From Guillardia theta CCMP2712 (Eukaryota > Protista > Cryptophyta), in the NCBI RefSeq assembly GCF_000315625.1, contig NW_005434460.1, positions 5,217 to 69,216 of the forward strand: DNA of 64,000 nt, given 5' to 3'. A model generated the notes under the pieces. It did not search any database, was not told where the DNA came from, and saw only the letters and a program-made list of their open reading frames with translations. Below are positions 38,900-54,820 of this stretch, piece by piece; the stretch's first letter is position 1; each line of letters begins with the position of its first letter. A program made the position numbers and the translations under genes.

Positions 38900-39909
38900 G
38901 CTTTGATCACAATATCCTCTCACCCCTCTTTGGTTGCTCGATTCCACGACATCTCGTTGTAACCTGTGCGTTGATCACAAGCAGCAGCATGCCAGCAGGC
39001 ACACCGAGGGTCTTTGCTGCTCGCTTCTGCTTGTCGTTGAGATGCTTCCAGGTAGCATCATCCAGTTTGACATGACTCTCATCATTCCATAATCTGCGTC
39101 AATCGCAAAGTGATGAACGAGGAAGGGCACAAGGAAAGGACGTCCTACTTCTGATTGTATCCAAGTGTTTTTGCAGCGTCTTTCTGCCCGTCGCTCAAAT
39201 CTTTCTGGTTGAAAATTCAACCATGGAAAGGTGCACAAAGCAAGTGTCACCCATCGCTTATCGAAGATGTGACGGCTCTCATCCCATTCTTTTCCTGTGT
39301 ACCCCAGAGTTTCTTGGAAAATGGTCAGATGGTCAAAGTATGTTTATCATCTGAAAACCTGCAGCAGTCTTCTGTTTGCTACTCAGATGTTTCCAGTCCT
39401 TGTCATCGCTCCAAACGTGATCATCATTGTTCCACATATCCTTCTTGTACCTGCATGAAGAGTGAGAATTGAGTTTGAAGCTCACCACGTCCATACCCTA
39501 AAACTTTTGCTGCAGCTTTCTGCTCTTCAGTCAATTCATTCCATCCCCGTTCATAGATGTCAACGAAAATGTCTTCATCCCACACCTCCTTGTTAAATTT
39601 CAAGGTTTTCGCTGCTTGCCTTTGTGTCTGGAGATTACTCAGCTTGAATAGAAAATAAACAAATCAAGAAACCTCGGACAACTCCCTCCATGTCAATCGA
39701 TCGACTTTAACAATTCCATCAGAGTTCCAGCTATTTAGATCATACCCCAACTTCTTGGCAGCCTCCTGTTCTGTTGTTGTCAATTCTTCCCACTGCGGAT
39801 GGCGTCCATCTTGATCGACGATGCCTCTGGCATGCCCTGGCCAGCCTCCTACAGGATGAGCGAAGGAGACTATCGGAGTTTGAAGGAGGAGGAGAAGAGA
39901 AACCATCAT
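38900..39909 (-). CDS. Signal-peptide protein with repeated W-x2-L...AA..LG(Y/F)...W modules
   Basis: MMVSLLLLLQTPIVSFA; WEELTTTEQEAAKKLGYDLNSWN; WRELSE.QRQAAKTLKFNKEVWD; WNELTEEQKAAAKVLGY. 3' end uncertain. Confidence 0.55.
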
Positions 39910-40645
39910 CACTTTCCAGCCTACCGTAATGCTGTTCCTTTCCACGTCAACTAGCTTTCCGTGCATACAACGGTTCAATGGCAGCGACGGTCTTGATGAG
40001 GGGTAAGAGGGGCAGTGGACGTGAAAGAAAGCTGGAGGGCACGGGGAGGAGGAGGAAGGAACAAGCATGGCCTCGGATCTCTTTCAGCTTCATGCCATGA
40101 CTTCTAGCGCCCCTGCTTTTGTCTTGCCTTGGGACGCATCACGACAAGGAAGTTAACTAAAAATGTATGAGGCCGTGAGTATCCGTGAGTATCCGTGGGT
40201 ATCCGTGAGTATCCGTGAGTATCCGTCGATGTGGCACGGGATGCGAGGAAGAGGAGGGAGAGGAGCTGGGGAGAGCTGGGGAGAGGGAGCGAGCGAAGGG
40301 GAGGGAGCGAGCGAAGGGGAGGGAGCGAACGAGAGACGGACAGAGGAAATGGAGAAAAATCGAGTTGATGGGGGGTAGGAAGAGACAAGGAAGAAGAAAT
40401 CGAGAGAAGAAGAAATCGAGATGATAGGGGTTGAGGGGCAAGGCGAGGGGATGTTCGAGACGGAGAAGTCGTGAATGTTGAGTGATTGTTCCAAGAGAGT
40501 GAAACATTTGGAAGCTTGCTTGATCAGTGAGAGAACATCTCAATATATGCCAAAGCTTGATTCAGATTGGACCAGAGATGTCAAAAGCTGTTCGAATGTC
40601 GGGGTTTGACAGAACTGTCCATGAAGTCATACATGTGAGCAAGGA

Positions 40646-43600
40646 ATGGAGGAGCTTGGAATGCGGAAGACTGTGACTTTGATTAGCTTCATTGCTTTCA
40701 TCTGCACTTGTAAAGTGAAACCGTCTGACCTCATGAAATCAGAATCTCAGCTGGAGCCGAGCGACACAGCTGTCGTAATGAGTCAAGTCAGCATGCAACG
40801 ACTGTACGACCCGATGATAGTTCCTATCGATGGCTTCCTGACATGAAACTCCAGGTTGCTTGCCATGTTCTTTACATCTGCTACGGTTGTCGCACAGCAC
40901 TCCAAGCCGATTCCCGACAACTCTCATCTCACACCTAACAAGTTCAAGCAGCGAGACATTCAAGGTCCTGTCTCAGTTTCTTTCACCCTCCCCCATTTCA
41001 CATCCTCTGCTCTGCTCTGCTCTGCTCTGCTCTGCTCTGCTCTGCTCTGCTCTACTGGGGAATGAACCCCTTCTGACCTCACTTCAGGCATCGAGAACTT
41101 CATCTTCGGAATGGACGCGTCCAACTTCGCCCCGAACTCGTCGTGCCCGCAGACGATCATCCAGCAGTGGGCGATGGAGATCGAGTCTAGCTCCTACGTC
41201 ACTCCCACCATCTTCGACGTTGCCAGTGACGGAGTGAAGGACATTGTCATTCCCACCTTCGTCCGTCACATTGAAGTCATCAACGGCCCGCACGGCCATC
41301 GGTCCCCAGGCTTCCCCTTCACCTTCCCCAACAGCGCCTTCTACGCCTCTGCGCTGATCTACGACATCAACAAGGACGGGGAGCCGGACATTGGGGTAAC
41401 GACCTTCAACGGCGAGCTCATCTGGCTGACTGAGAACGGCATCCCCATCTTCGGCTGGAGCATCAAGATACCTCACCTCAGGATCAAGAAGAAGTGGTAT
41501 GAGGGGCTCAAACCTGACCCGCAGGACATGGAGCACAACGGCTTAACGCAGTTCGAGAGGGAAGCTATGAACCAGCACGTAGGGGACCCCTTCGCCCCCG
41601 GCAAGCTCCCTCGACACTATCAGGACATGTTCGACACCCGGGACGCGGGATGGGGTGACTATGGCCCACACTTCCTCGCGAATGAGTTTGTGAAGAAGGC
41701 GGACAAGAACGGAGATGGAGTGCTGAGCAAGGCTGAGTTCGTGAAGCACGCGATGTCTGAGCACCCCAACTTCCAGCGATCGGACGCAGAAACCTTGTAC
41801 GACATTGCAGACAAGGACCAGGATGACCAACTAGCAGTGAAAGAATTGACCATGTACATGGACGAGTTTGACCGCAACGAGGCTGAAGACATCTTCTATC
41901 AGACCGACAAGGATTTTAACGGCACTGTTACGCGCGAGGAGTTCTCTGAGCACGTGAAGAAGAACAAGCCTGATGTTGAAGAGGCAGAGCTGAACGAGAG
42001 GTACGAGGCCATCGATGAGAACAAGGACGGGAACCTTGACATGACGGAGATCAAGAGCCAATGGAGTCATTTCGACAAGGAGCTCGCGCATGTCAAGAAG
42101 CTCAAGAGCAAGAAGACCAAGGAGATGAACAGAGCGAGCATTCTTGACAAGGCCAAAGGCGCGTTGATGAAGGCCAAGGGGCTTGACAACTCTACTTCTG
42201 TAAGTGCGATGCGGACACTTGTACCCCTGCTGTTGCTCCATCTCAACATTTCTTGCTTCCTGTCCTCTTGATTCACAACACCATCTGTCCCCTTCAATCT
42301 CGTCTTCTGATACAATTCTCCAGTTGCTTGACAACGGCAAGCTGAGTGAAATCCTGGGAAAGATCAAGAAGTCAGGAGTGCGGACGTTGGGAGACCTGAA
42401 GCGACTGGACGAGCATCGTTTCAATGAGCTTCCGCTGACCGCAGCAGAGAAGACTGAGCTCCGAGACTTCATGAGCAAGAGGAAGATAAAGTTGCTGAGC
42501 ACCTCCCGACGTCTCCTGCAAGAGGAGGAGGCGCACAGCGACGAGGATCCGTCGGACGACACCATGCTGTCCATGGACGACATCGAGGTCCCCGAGCACG
42601 CGGAGGACATGATCGACGGCACAGAGCTGCCTCCTCAGGAGGAGATACCCGGGGAGATTGAGAGCGAGCCGGCTGAGGTCATGCCCAAGGATGGGGAGGA
42701 GCTGGTGGACGGAGAGCACTACCCGGATTATCCCGACTACCACGACCACGGCTATGGGCGCGAGCACATGGGGGAGGACTACGACTATTATGAGAACTAC
42801 TACAACTACCGGAACATGGGCAATGACCACTCCAAGGAGACCGAAGAGGAGATGACCAGCCGCATCGCACGGGAGAAGCGCGACAAGCGAGTGCAGGCAT
42901 GGCGAGATGAACCCCTCAGCGCCCCAAAGGACTCGCAGTGGAACTACATCAAGGGCTTCTTCTCTCCCGATGAGCAGGAGAACAACCAGGTGCCTGTCTG
43001 TAGGGCCTCCTTCTCCTGCTCCTGCTCCTGCCCCCTGCTCCTGCTCCTGCTCCTGCTCCTGCTTCATGCCCATACTCATCCTTTCCTCCTGCTGCTTCTG
43101 TCTGCTATATTTGATTATTTTTATGCTGTCGTGTGCGCCTGCATTTTGACATGTGTTGGGGCAGGCTGTTTCAACTTGGGGAGGAAGGGACATGAAGCAG
43201 ATGATCTTGGGCCACGATGAAATCTTCACAAGGACCTTGGCAGTCGATCGGCACATCTTCAATGGCGCTCTGCGATCCAACAGGTCTGCAGCCATCCCCG
43301 GCGACCGTCCCAAGGAGGAAGGCTACGTCTTTGTTGACGCGCACGTGCTGTGCACGCCCATCATCGCCGACCTTGACAGGGACGGGCACGACGAGATCAT
43401 CTTCGCCGTCTCCTACTACTTTGACAAGGAGCAGTACAGTGATCCCTCGGCCTACGAGGACCTGGACGTGGACGTCAACACCAAGAAGTACGTGGCTGGC
43501 GGGGTGGTGGTCTACGATGCTTTGACCAGGAAGTTGAAATGGAACATTCACCTTGACCTGACCACCGACGAGACTGCCTACCGCGCCTACATCTACTCCT

Positions 43601-44742
43601 CCCCCACTGTCGCTGACCTCGACGCGGACGGCAAGCTGGAGATCATTCTGGGAACGAGCCTGGGCTTCGTGTACGTGATCGAGCATGACGGAAGGGTGAA
43701 GGACAACTTCCCGGTGACCATGGCGGAGATTCAAGGGCAAGTGGCGGTGGCGGACGTCAACGACGACGGTCAGCTTGAGATTATCGCAACGGACACGCGA
43801 CACAACGTAGCCGTGTTCAACTCCAAGGGGAAGGAGGTCTGGGAGACTCACATCTCCGGCTTCTCCACGCAGGGCCCGGTGGTCGGGGACGTGAACGGCG
43901 ACGGGCTGGTGGATATCGTCCTCGCCACCACAAGCGGTCACATCTGGGCCCTCCAGGGCAGCAGTGGTAGGACGCTGGAGAACTTCCCGGTGAAGACCGG
44001 AGGGCCGATCATGTCGCTTCCCCTCCTGCTGCAGATGAAGGGAGGGAAGGGGCGGGCGGGGCTGCCGGTCCGCCACATCATTGTGCCCTCGCATGACGGC
44101 TTCTTGTACATCGTCAATGGAGCGACTGGCTGCTCGTTTAAGGTGGACGTGGGTGAAAACTCCTACTCCATGGTGCTGGCCGATGACATCACTGGCAACG
44201 GGAAGATGGACCTCCTGGTCACGACCATGAACGGCAACGTGATCTGCCTCGGGACAGACGTGGACTATCATCCGATGAAGGCCTGGACCTCCAAGGAGCA
44301 GGGGAACAACAACGTGGAGCTGCGGGACGGACGGCAAGGGATCTTCATCCTCGACAGATTCCGCCACTTCCACGACCACAACGGGCCGAGCATGACCTTT
44401 GGGTTCGAGATCGTGGACAAGCGACCGGTGAAGGGGCTGGGAGCGAGTGGAGGAGAGTATCACGTGCGGATATCGCTGGGAGGGAGCACGAAGCTGTTCG
44501 AGAAAACGTACACGCATCCTGGCAGGTACCTGGAGGAGATCCCCTGCCCCGATCGCCGGCAGTTCACCTCGGTGTTCGTGGAGATGACCAACGAGTACGG
44601 GCAGCACTTCGAGGATCGCGTGTCCATGAGCTTCAACATGCACTTCTACCGCGCTCTCAAGTGGCTCCTCATGGTTCCCTTCACGCTCATGAGCCTGGGG
44701 ATCGTCTTCATCAAGGAGGTCAACACCGTCCTGCCCGTGTAG
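40646..44742 (+). CDS. DEX1-like (FG-GAP repeat) membrane protein with an EF-hand insert
   Basis: Signal peptide; WAMEIESSSYVTPTIFDVASDGVKDIVIPTFV; YVFVDAHVLCTPIIADLDRDG..FAVSYYFD; FG-GAP repeats DLDADGKLEI, DVNDDGQLEI, DVNGDGLVDI; C-terminal FYRALKWLLMVP TM. Resembles plant DEX1. Confidence 0.85.
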
Positions 44743-45195
44743 CTGCCTTGCTCACCAGCACCTCTGCACAAGCACGCTACCTCCCTTCCCCCTCTCCCTC
44801 TCTTGTATTTTGTGCTCTTGTGATCGATGTACTTAGCTCGGTAAACCGCGAAAACCTCCCTGTGGCGATGCTCAGACGTTTGACGAGATAGATGACGAGG
44901 AGATGGCAGAGACTAGGGGAAGGGGAGGGCAGGACAGGTGAGACGCAGGAAACGATAAGCGAACAGGAGCAGGAACAGAAGCGGGTAGGAGCAGAGGAAC
45001 GAGGAGGGCAGAGGGGTTCACTTGAAACTCAATGTTTCACATCGTCATCGCACATCGTCCTTTATCTCTGTTGCGAGTCCGTCGAGTCTCCGACGTCCCC
45101 GTCTGCCTCTCGCTGCGCAGGACGCAAGAATGTAAAAATGCTCACCGGCGATCTTGATCAAAACTCCGTGACAGCTCTGATGTTCCCCTAGTCCA

Positions 45196-46842
45196 TTACT
45201 TCTCCTCCGCCTCCATTTCCCGAGGAACAATCCCTTGCAGCGCCTCCTCCAACACGATCGCCCAGTGGGTCCAGTGGGTCCCCCCCTGGCAGTAGGCGAC
45301 GTACGGGTCCCTCAGAGGTCCGTCCGCGCTCAGCTCCAGCGTGCTTCCGTCGATGAAGGTTCCGTCGGCAAACACGACCTCGTCCCCGTAGCCCACCTGC
45401 CATCACCTCGTCAGCTCTACCCCAGCACCCTCTTGGCTCCCTACCGTCGTTCCAGGCTCGGGCACGATGTAGGAACCCACGGGGCTGTTTCTCTGCACAG
45501 CACGGCAGAAGGCGAGCAAGTTCTCGCGGTTGAGAAGCTTGAGGGCGCAGATGATGTCAGTCTTTGGGGTTCCGATGCGAGGGTTGGTTTCATATCCCAG
45601 CTGATTCATCACGTCTGCCAGCAAGTTCGCTCCTTTGATCGCCTCTCCGACCACCATGGGAGCGTTGAAGAGCCCCTGGTAGAGAAGGCGTGTCTGACCT
45701 GCATGCCCGTCAGCTTCCTCCCCTCCCCTCAATCTTCACCAACCCAAAGTCGCCCCCCCGTCCACTCCAGGAGCGCTCAGCCTGTGTCGCGCCGCCTTGA
45801 CGTAGACGGCTTTGCCGATGACGTAGCCCCCAGAAGGTGCGAAGGTGCCACCCGGGTTCTTGATGAGAGAACCAGCCACCAGGTCTGCTCCCACGTGCGT
45901 GGGCTCGATGCCTTCGACGAACTCGCCGTAGCAGTTGTCGACGAAGACGACGACGTCAGGTCTCCTCTCTTTGATCCACGCAATCACCTTGCCGATCTTC
46001 TCCACAGGGATGGAGGGCCGCCATTGGTACCCGCAGGATCGTTGGATGTGGATGAGTCGCACGTTAGGATGGAGCTGAAGAGCCTCGTCGATCGCAGGCA
46101 AATCGAAGTCGCCGTCCTCCGTCAGATCCACTTGAGCATACGAGACGCCGAAGTCATGCAAGCTGCCCGTCATGCCATGCGGCACAAGCTCCGGGTCCTC
46201 CTTGCGAGACCCTATCACCTCCTCGAGAGTGTCGTATGGCCTGCCGCTGATAGCGAGCATGACGTCGCCCGGGCGGAGAACGGCGAAGAGAGCGCAGGAG
46301 ATGGCATGGGTGCCAGAGAAGCATTGGACTCGTACGAGAGCTTTCTCAGCACCGAACAGCTTTGCATAGATCTCGTCCAGCGTGTCTCGCCCGATGTCGC
46401 CATGCCCATACCCGTCGGTGCCTGCGAACAAGTGGGGGCCGACGCGAGCTTCACGGTACGCGTCCAAGATCCTCTTGATATTCTGCTGCGTCCTCTCGTC
46501 TATCTTGCGGAACTCTTGTTCCAACCTCAGCCTTGACTGCTTGACGATCTCCTTCGCCTCTGCTGCTGTAAACTTCTCTCCTTTCGGCTTCATCGCTGCA
46601 TCGCCGGATTTCTCAGCCATCTTAATTCGAGCATACTCGAGCCAGAACTCTTTGGAGGTTTCAACGTCACTCTGAGGTGGATGTGACGTCATTGCAAAGT
46701 ATCCACGTCTCTTGGTAGCCCCAAGGTAGTTTCGCTGTCTTGCCTTGTGCGACTGGCCTCCATTCTGGAGGGGTAGCTGAAGAAAAGCCCCTGTTTGCCC
46801 GAGGATGAAGCAGAACAAGAATCCGCGTATTAGAGCCTTCAT
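45196..46842 (-). CDS. YnbB/aluminium-resistance-type PLP enzyme (methionine gamma-lyase family), plastid-targeted
   Basis: TDGYGHGDIGRDTLDEIYA, SGTHAI, PYDTLEEVIG, IQRSCGY, FVDNCYGEF, GSLIKNPGG, GTFIDGSTLELSADGPLR. Bipartite presequence ...TGAF. Confidence 0.9.
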
Positions 46843-47250
46843 CTTCCTGCAGAAAGAGCGTCAGATACAAAGATATGACTTTGATCTCCTCTTGTCCACT
46901 ATCTTGACACAGCGGAAGCACAACACTGGGTGCGATTGAGTTTTGAGAGGATTTCATGCGATGAACATGTTCGCGCTGGTTCTTTTTCTCTTCATGCAAA
47001 CAGACATGGGAACAAAGACGAGCATGAAAACTTGTTCGGCTATCCCTACATGGCTCTTCTAGCCTTCTGATCCTACCTAGCCTCCTCCTCCTCCTCCTCC
47101 TTCACCTCCCTTGCTTGGTTCCCCTCCTTTCGGGGGCCGAGTGATCTCCAAGGAAAAAAACTTATACATGTGTTTTTAAAGCGATGGCATCGAAAGTTTG
47201 ATGTTGAACAGCATGTGACACGGAAGAAGAGAGGGCAAGATCCTTTACAT

Positions 47251-47342
47251 ACTATAAGCACATGCTGTTGAAAACTATAAGCACATGCTGTTGAATTCAA
47301 TAAGCACATGCTGTTGAAAACTATAAGCACATGCTGTTGAAA
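47251..47342. repeat. 23-bp minisatellite x4
   Basis: ACTATAAGCACATGCTGTTGAAA repeated four times with small variation. Confidence 0.9.
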
Positions 47343-47514
47343 GTACTTCAGAGATGGTTTGGGTGTAGGATTCGAGAAAACCATTCTTTGTGTATCTTTT
47401 TCCTAATGGAATCTAATGGCTGAATAAGACATTGCATGTGCAAGGGGAAAAACTCTGAGATGTGGAATAATTCGTACAGTAGCAAAAAGGGGGCAAGAGA
47501 AGAAGGTGATCAGT

Positions 47515-49852
47515 TCAGTCCAGCAGACGTTGGCGGCACTCAGGTCCTTGTGCTTGTGTTGTCCTCGTTGAATCATCAAAATCCGCTCCACTCGCATTCT
47601 GGTAGAGAGAAAAAGTTTTCTTAATGACAGAGAAGATTCACAACCTCGGGTGCATACCTGCTCTAGATCGTCCTTGTCGAGACAGTCGTTCTCTTCAGCC
47701 GCACTCGCATCATGGTGATCAGATTCCTCGCGTTGAAATGGGCCTTCCCACATCTCCTTCAGCTCTCCTCGTGACCTTGCAGGAATCGTTATTTCGATGA
47801 GGTTCAACGGCGTAGTCACCAGCTCAGAAGCAAGAAGGGCCAGAGCGTGCACGGCACGAGGTAAAGCAGTGCCGGCTGTCCCATATGCATGACCAACGAT
47901 GCCAGGATAGCAAACATCAGTCCGACGGCATAGCCGAAGCTAATGTACAAGAAATATCCTCCAAGAGCACTAATGCATGGTGAGAATGAATAAACAAAGA
48001 TATCAAAACAACCTTTTCTGCTTCAGGTTATCCACACGAAGGGCGAAGGAAACAAGAAGCCCTGGAAGAACGACGTCTCCCAGTCCTAGTAAGGTCACTC
48101 CACCCGCCCAGTCCTGAGCTCACTTGCATGAGAAATTCAAATAATCTCTCGCTAATCTTGCATACCAGAACTTTAGGAACCACCAGCAACATTGGAATCA
48201 TTTCCGGAGGAGAGTCATGGTCTGTTCCATTGGTCCAGTCATGCCCTTGCCCGGTTGCAACGCCTAGTCAAGGGACGTTCAACTTTCGTGGTCAATCGCA
48301 GGTTTACACACCTATCATCACATTCTCGGAAAAAAGGAGCGGGCTGATGAAGACCCAGAAGATGTCGTATAGAACGGCAAGAGATAGTAAAACTGTACAA
48401 ACCTGAAGACAAGCTAAGTGGCAGACAGAAATGCTCGAATTGTGAAACCTTGATATCATTGAATCGCACGATGCTGATGATATGTAAGCAGAGACTCGCT
48501 GACATGATATCTTGCAGGATCCAAACCCATGAAGATTGATGTCGATTGACAAACCAAAAAACTGGAATGCGGCGTTTAATTGGAGCTGAATGAATAGTTC
48601 GATGGCAAAGATCTCACCTGCAATTGCTATACAAAGCGGAAGGGTCACAAGGATTGACACGCTTGTTCTACCAAGTCGCCAGAGATGAACCTATTTGATC
48701 CCTCAGATCTCATAGAGATGATCGATAGCAACGCAATGGAATGAGTTCATATCATTCCTTTGCGACTATACCTTCTTCGCACATGACTGAAATGCCCTCT
48801 CTAGGAGTGGAGTTGCCACTGAGACAAAAGCAGAGATCGACGCAAAGCAGTACAAGACCACCAAGATCAAGATCAGGTCTCGGATGAAGAAAACAAAAAC
48901 ACAAGAACCCCTGTATTCGTCGGAAAACAATCTCAGCAAGATCTCAACTAAACAAGACAAGAGCACCTGATGAAACAACGATGAACCCTAACGCATGACC
49001 CATGTTCAGTTCTTGGAATGGGAGGTTCTTGTCGAAACCCTCGACTTCCCCTCGTTCGCCTACTACATTTCCTGCAGCAGTATTTCGCTCTGTGTATGCA
49101 CTCAGGTACGAGGCTATCACCACGATTGAGACGCCCATCGCCCATATAATCACTGATGCTGGATCGATCGACGGGTGCTTACGAGCATACACTTTCATCC
49201 GCAAAGTGCGAGCATCATGTGCAGCAATGATAAGCTTGAGCGCTTGATAATCTTTGGAGCTGATCATGATGCTTGGAATACTCATGTTGTTGCACAGAGA
49301 ATCGTATTCTTGAGGGCAGCCCATCGGAAAAAGAGCATTCTCAAGGTCACTCTCATCATTCCCTACGATCAGTGCAGAGGCGTTGGCTCTCCATGCATTG
49401 ATGGTCTTGTTGAAGAAGTTGCATTCCCCTCTCTGTGCTACAACGATTGCTCCCCCAACATCTTCAATGCTGTTGCATAGTTTGGAGTTGGACCCTGTGC
49501 GAAACGAAACACTCAGTTCTACATGCAATTCAAGTCCTCACTTACCCTCAGCGTCGGACAAAAACAAAACCCTGTTGAAGATAGCTGTAACATCGTCTGG
49601 AGGGCAAGCTCCGAATAAAGCAATCTTCCCTTGTATCAAAATGCTTGCATTGTTCTCTTGAGTTTCGTTGGGCAGCTTGTCGACTACCTCCACTATGGTA
49701 TCAGGTGTTGCTGCATCTGCAATTTGAACTAGAGGCCAATCGCAACCATTCACCCCAGGAAGGCATAGAGTCAAAACAACAAACACTACAGAGTAAAAGA
49801 AAATCTTGGGATCCCGCTCTCTTCTCCGTTTGGAGAAAAGGGATTTAACCAT
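47515..49852 (-). CDS. Signal peptide peptidase-like 2 (PA domain + A22B aspartyl intramembrane protease)
   Basis: PA domain [18 protein letters not shown]...IPSIMIS; catalytic YDIFWVF and [11 protein letters not shown]; [10 protein letters not shown]. Confidence 0.9.
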
Positions 49853-50284
49853 GTCACAGGAAGTTTGTCGCGGATATTCAAGCTACGTAGAATTAGAATC
49901 TGTGGATGGGGGAAGAGGGAGGTTGGGGCAGAAGGTAGGAGGGAGCGGATGGGGGAGAGAGCGGAGGAGCGAGAGGTAGGATGCAGGGATATGGGGGAAG
50001 CAACGACTGGAGTCAAGGGGAATTCAGGAGCCAGCCATAGAGCCCTCTGCTCCTCCACTGCTCTCTATTCCAGGGGGTGATGGTACTCCCACTACCCCCT
50101 TTTGACTCTCAAATTCAGTACAACAATACCTAGGTGGGTACACTATTTTAACTTTGGGTGGGGGGTCAGAAAAGTGGGGTAATGCCTCTAAAAATGATAT
50201 TTTAAATACTCCCCTGTCAACTAATAGATAAACGGAATCATGTGTATCCCTGAGGATACTTTCCTCGTAGAAGACCAATTAAAA

Positions 50285-50309
50285 CTTTACTCAAAGTTAA
50301 GTTAAAAAA
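50285..50309 (+). promoter_or_regulatory. Recurrent intergenic motif CTTTACTCAAAGTTAAG(T), representative copy
   Basis: Copies at 10191, 38379 and 50285 (+), and 7971-7990 and 8629-8645 (-); all intergenic. Function is inferred. Confidence 0.5.
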
Positions 50310-50564
50310 TACCAATTTCGAGTAGTAAAGATAACACGGCAGTGCGCGACTCGATCCGGGCGGGCCGTCGGTAGTTTTGATTGAAGGCGTGTTTACACGC
50401 AAGGGAGGACAAGGAGCAAGAGCAGGAGGAACAGGAGGAGGAGCAGGAGGAGCAGGAGGAGCAGGAGGAGCAGGAGGAGCAGGAGTGGTAAATGAGCCAT
50501 GTAAGAGTCATGTAGATGCCATTTGGCCCTGGACTTGAGGCGTATCTCGACAAGATGAGTTGCC

Positions 50565-54645
<4,081 letters not shown>

Positions 54646-54820
54646 TGCGTTTGGATGCACAACATCAGGCTGGCCTCCTTTGGGCTCGAAATGGACAATG
54701 AAAGCAAGAATTTACAAGAGAAAGCGTAGGTCGACATCAGATCACTCTCGGACAAAAGTCGTCGACCTGAAATCGTTTCAAACCAACAGAAAGATAGCAG
54801 GTGAACAGATGATGACACGT

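Noticed and set aside
43171-44643. 490-aa antisense ORF (also 45235..46536 and 34250..35026)
   Set aside because: Shadow ORFs from GC3-rich codon usage of the real genes on the opposite strand.
47251-47342. Possible CRISPR-like repeat
   Set aside because: Contiguous 23-bp minisatellite without spacers.
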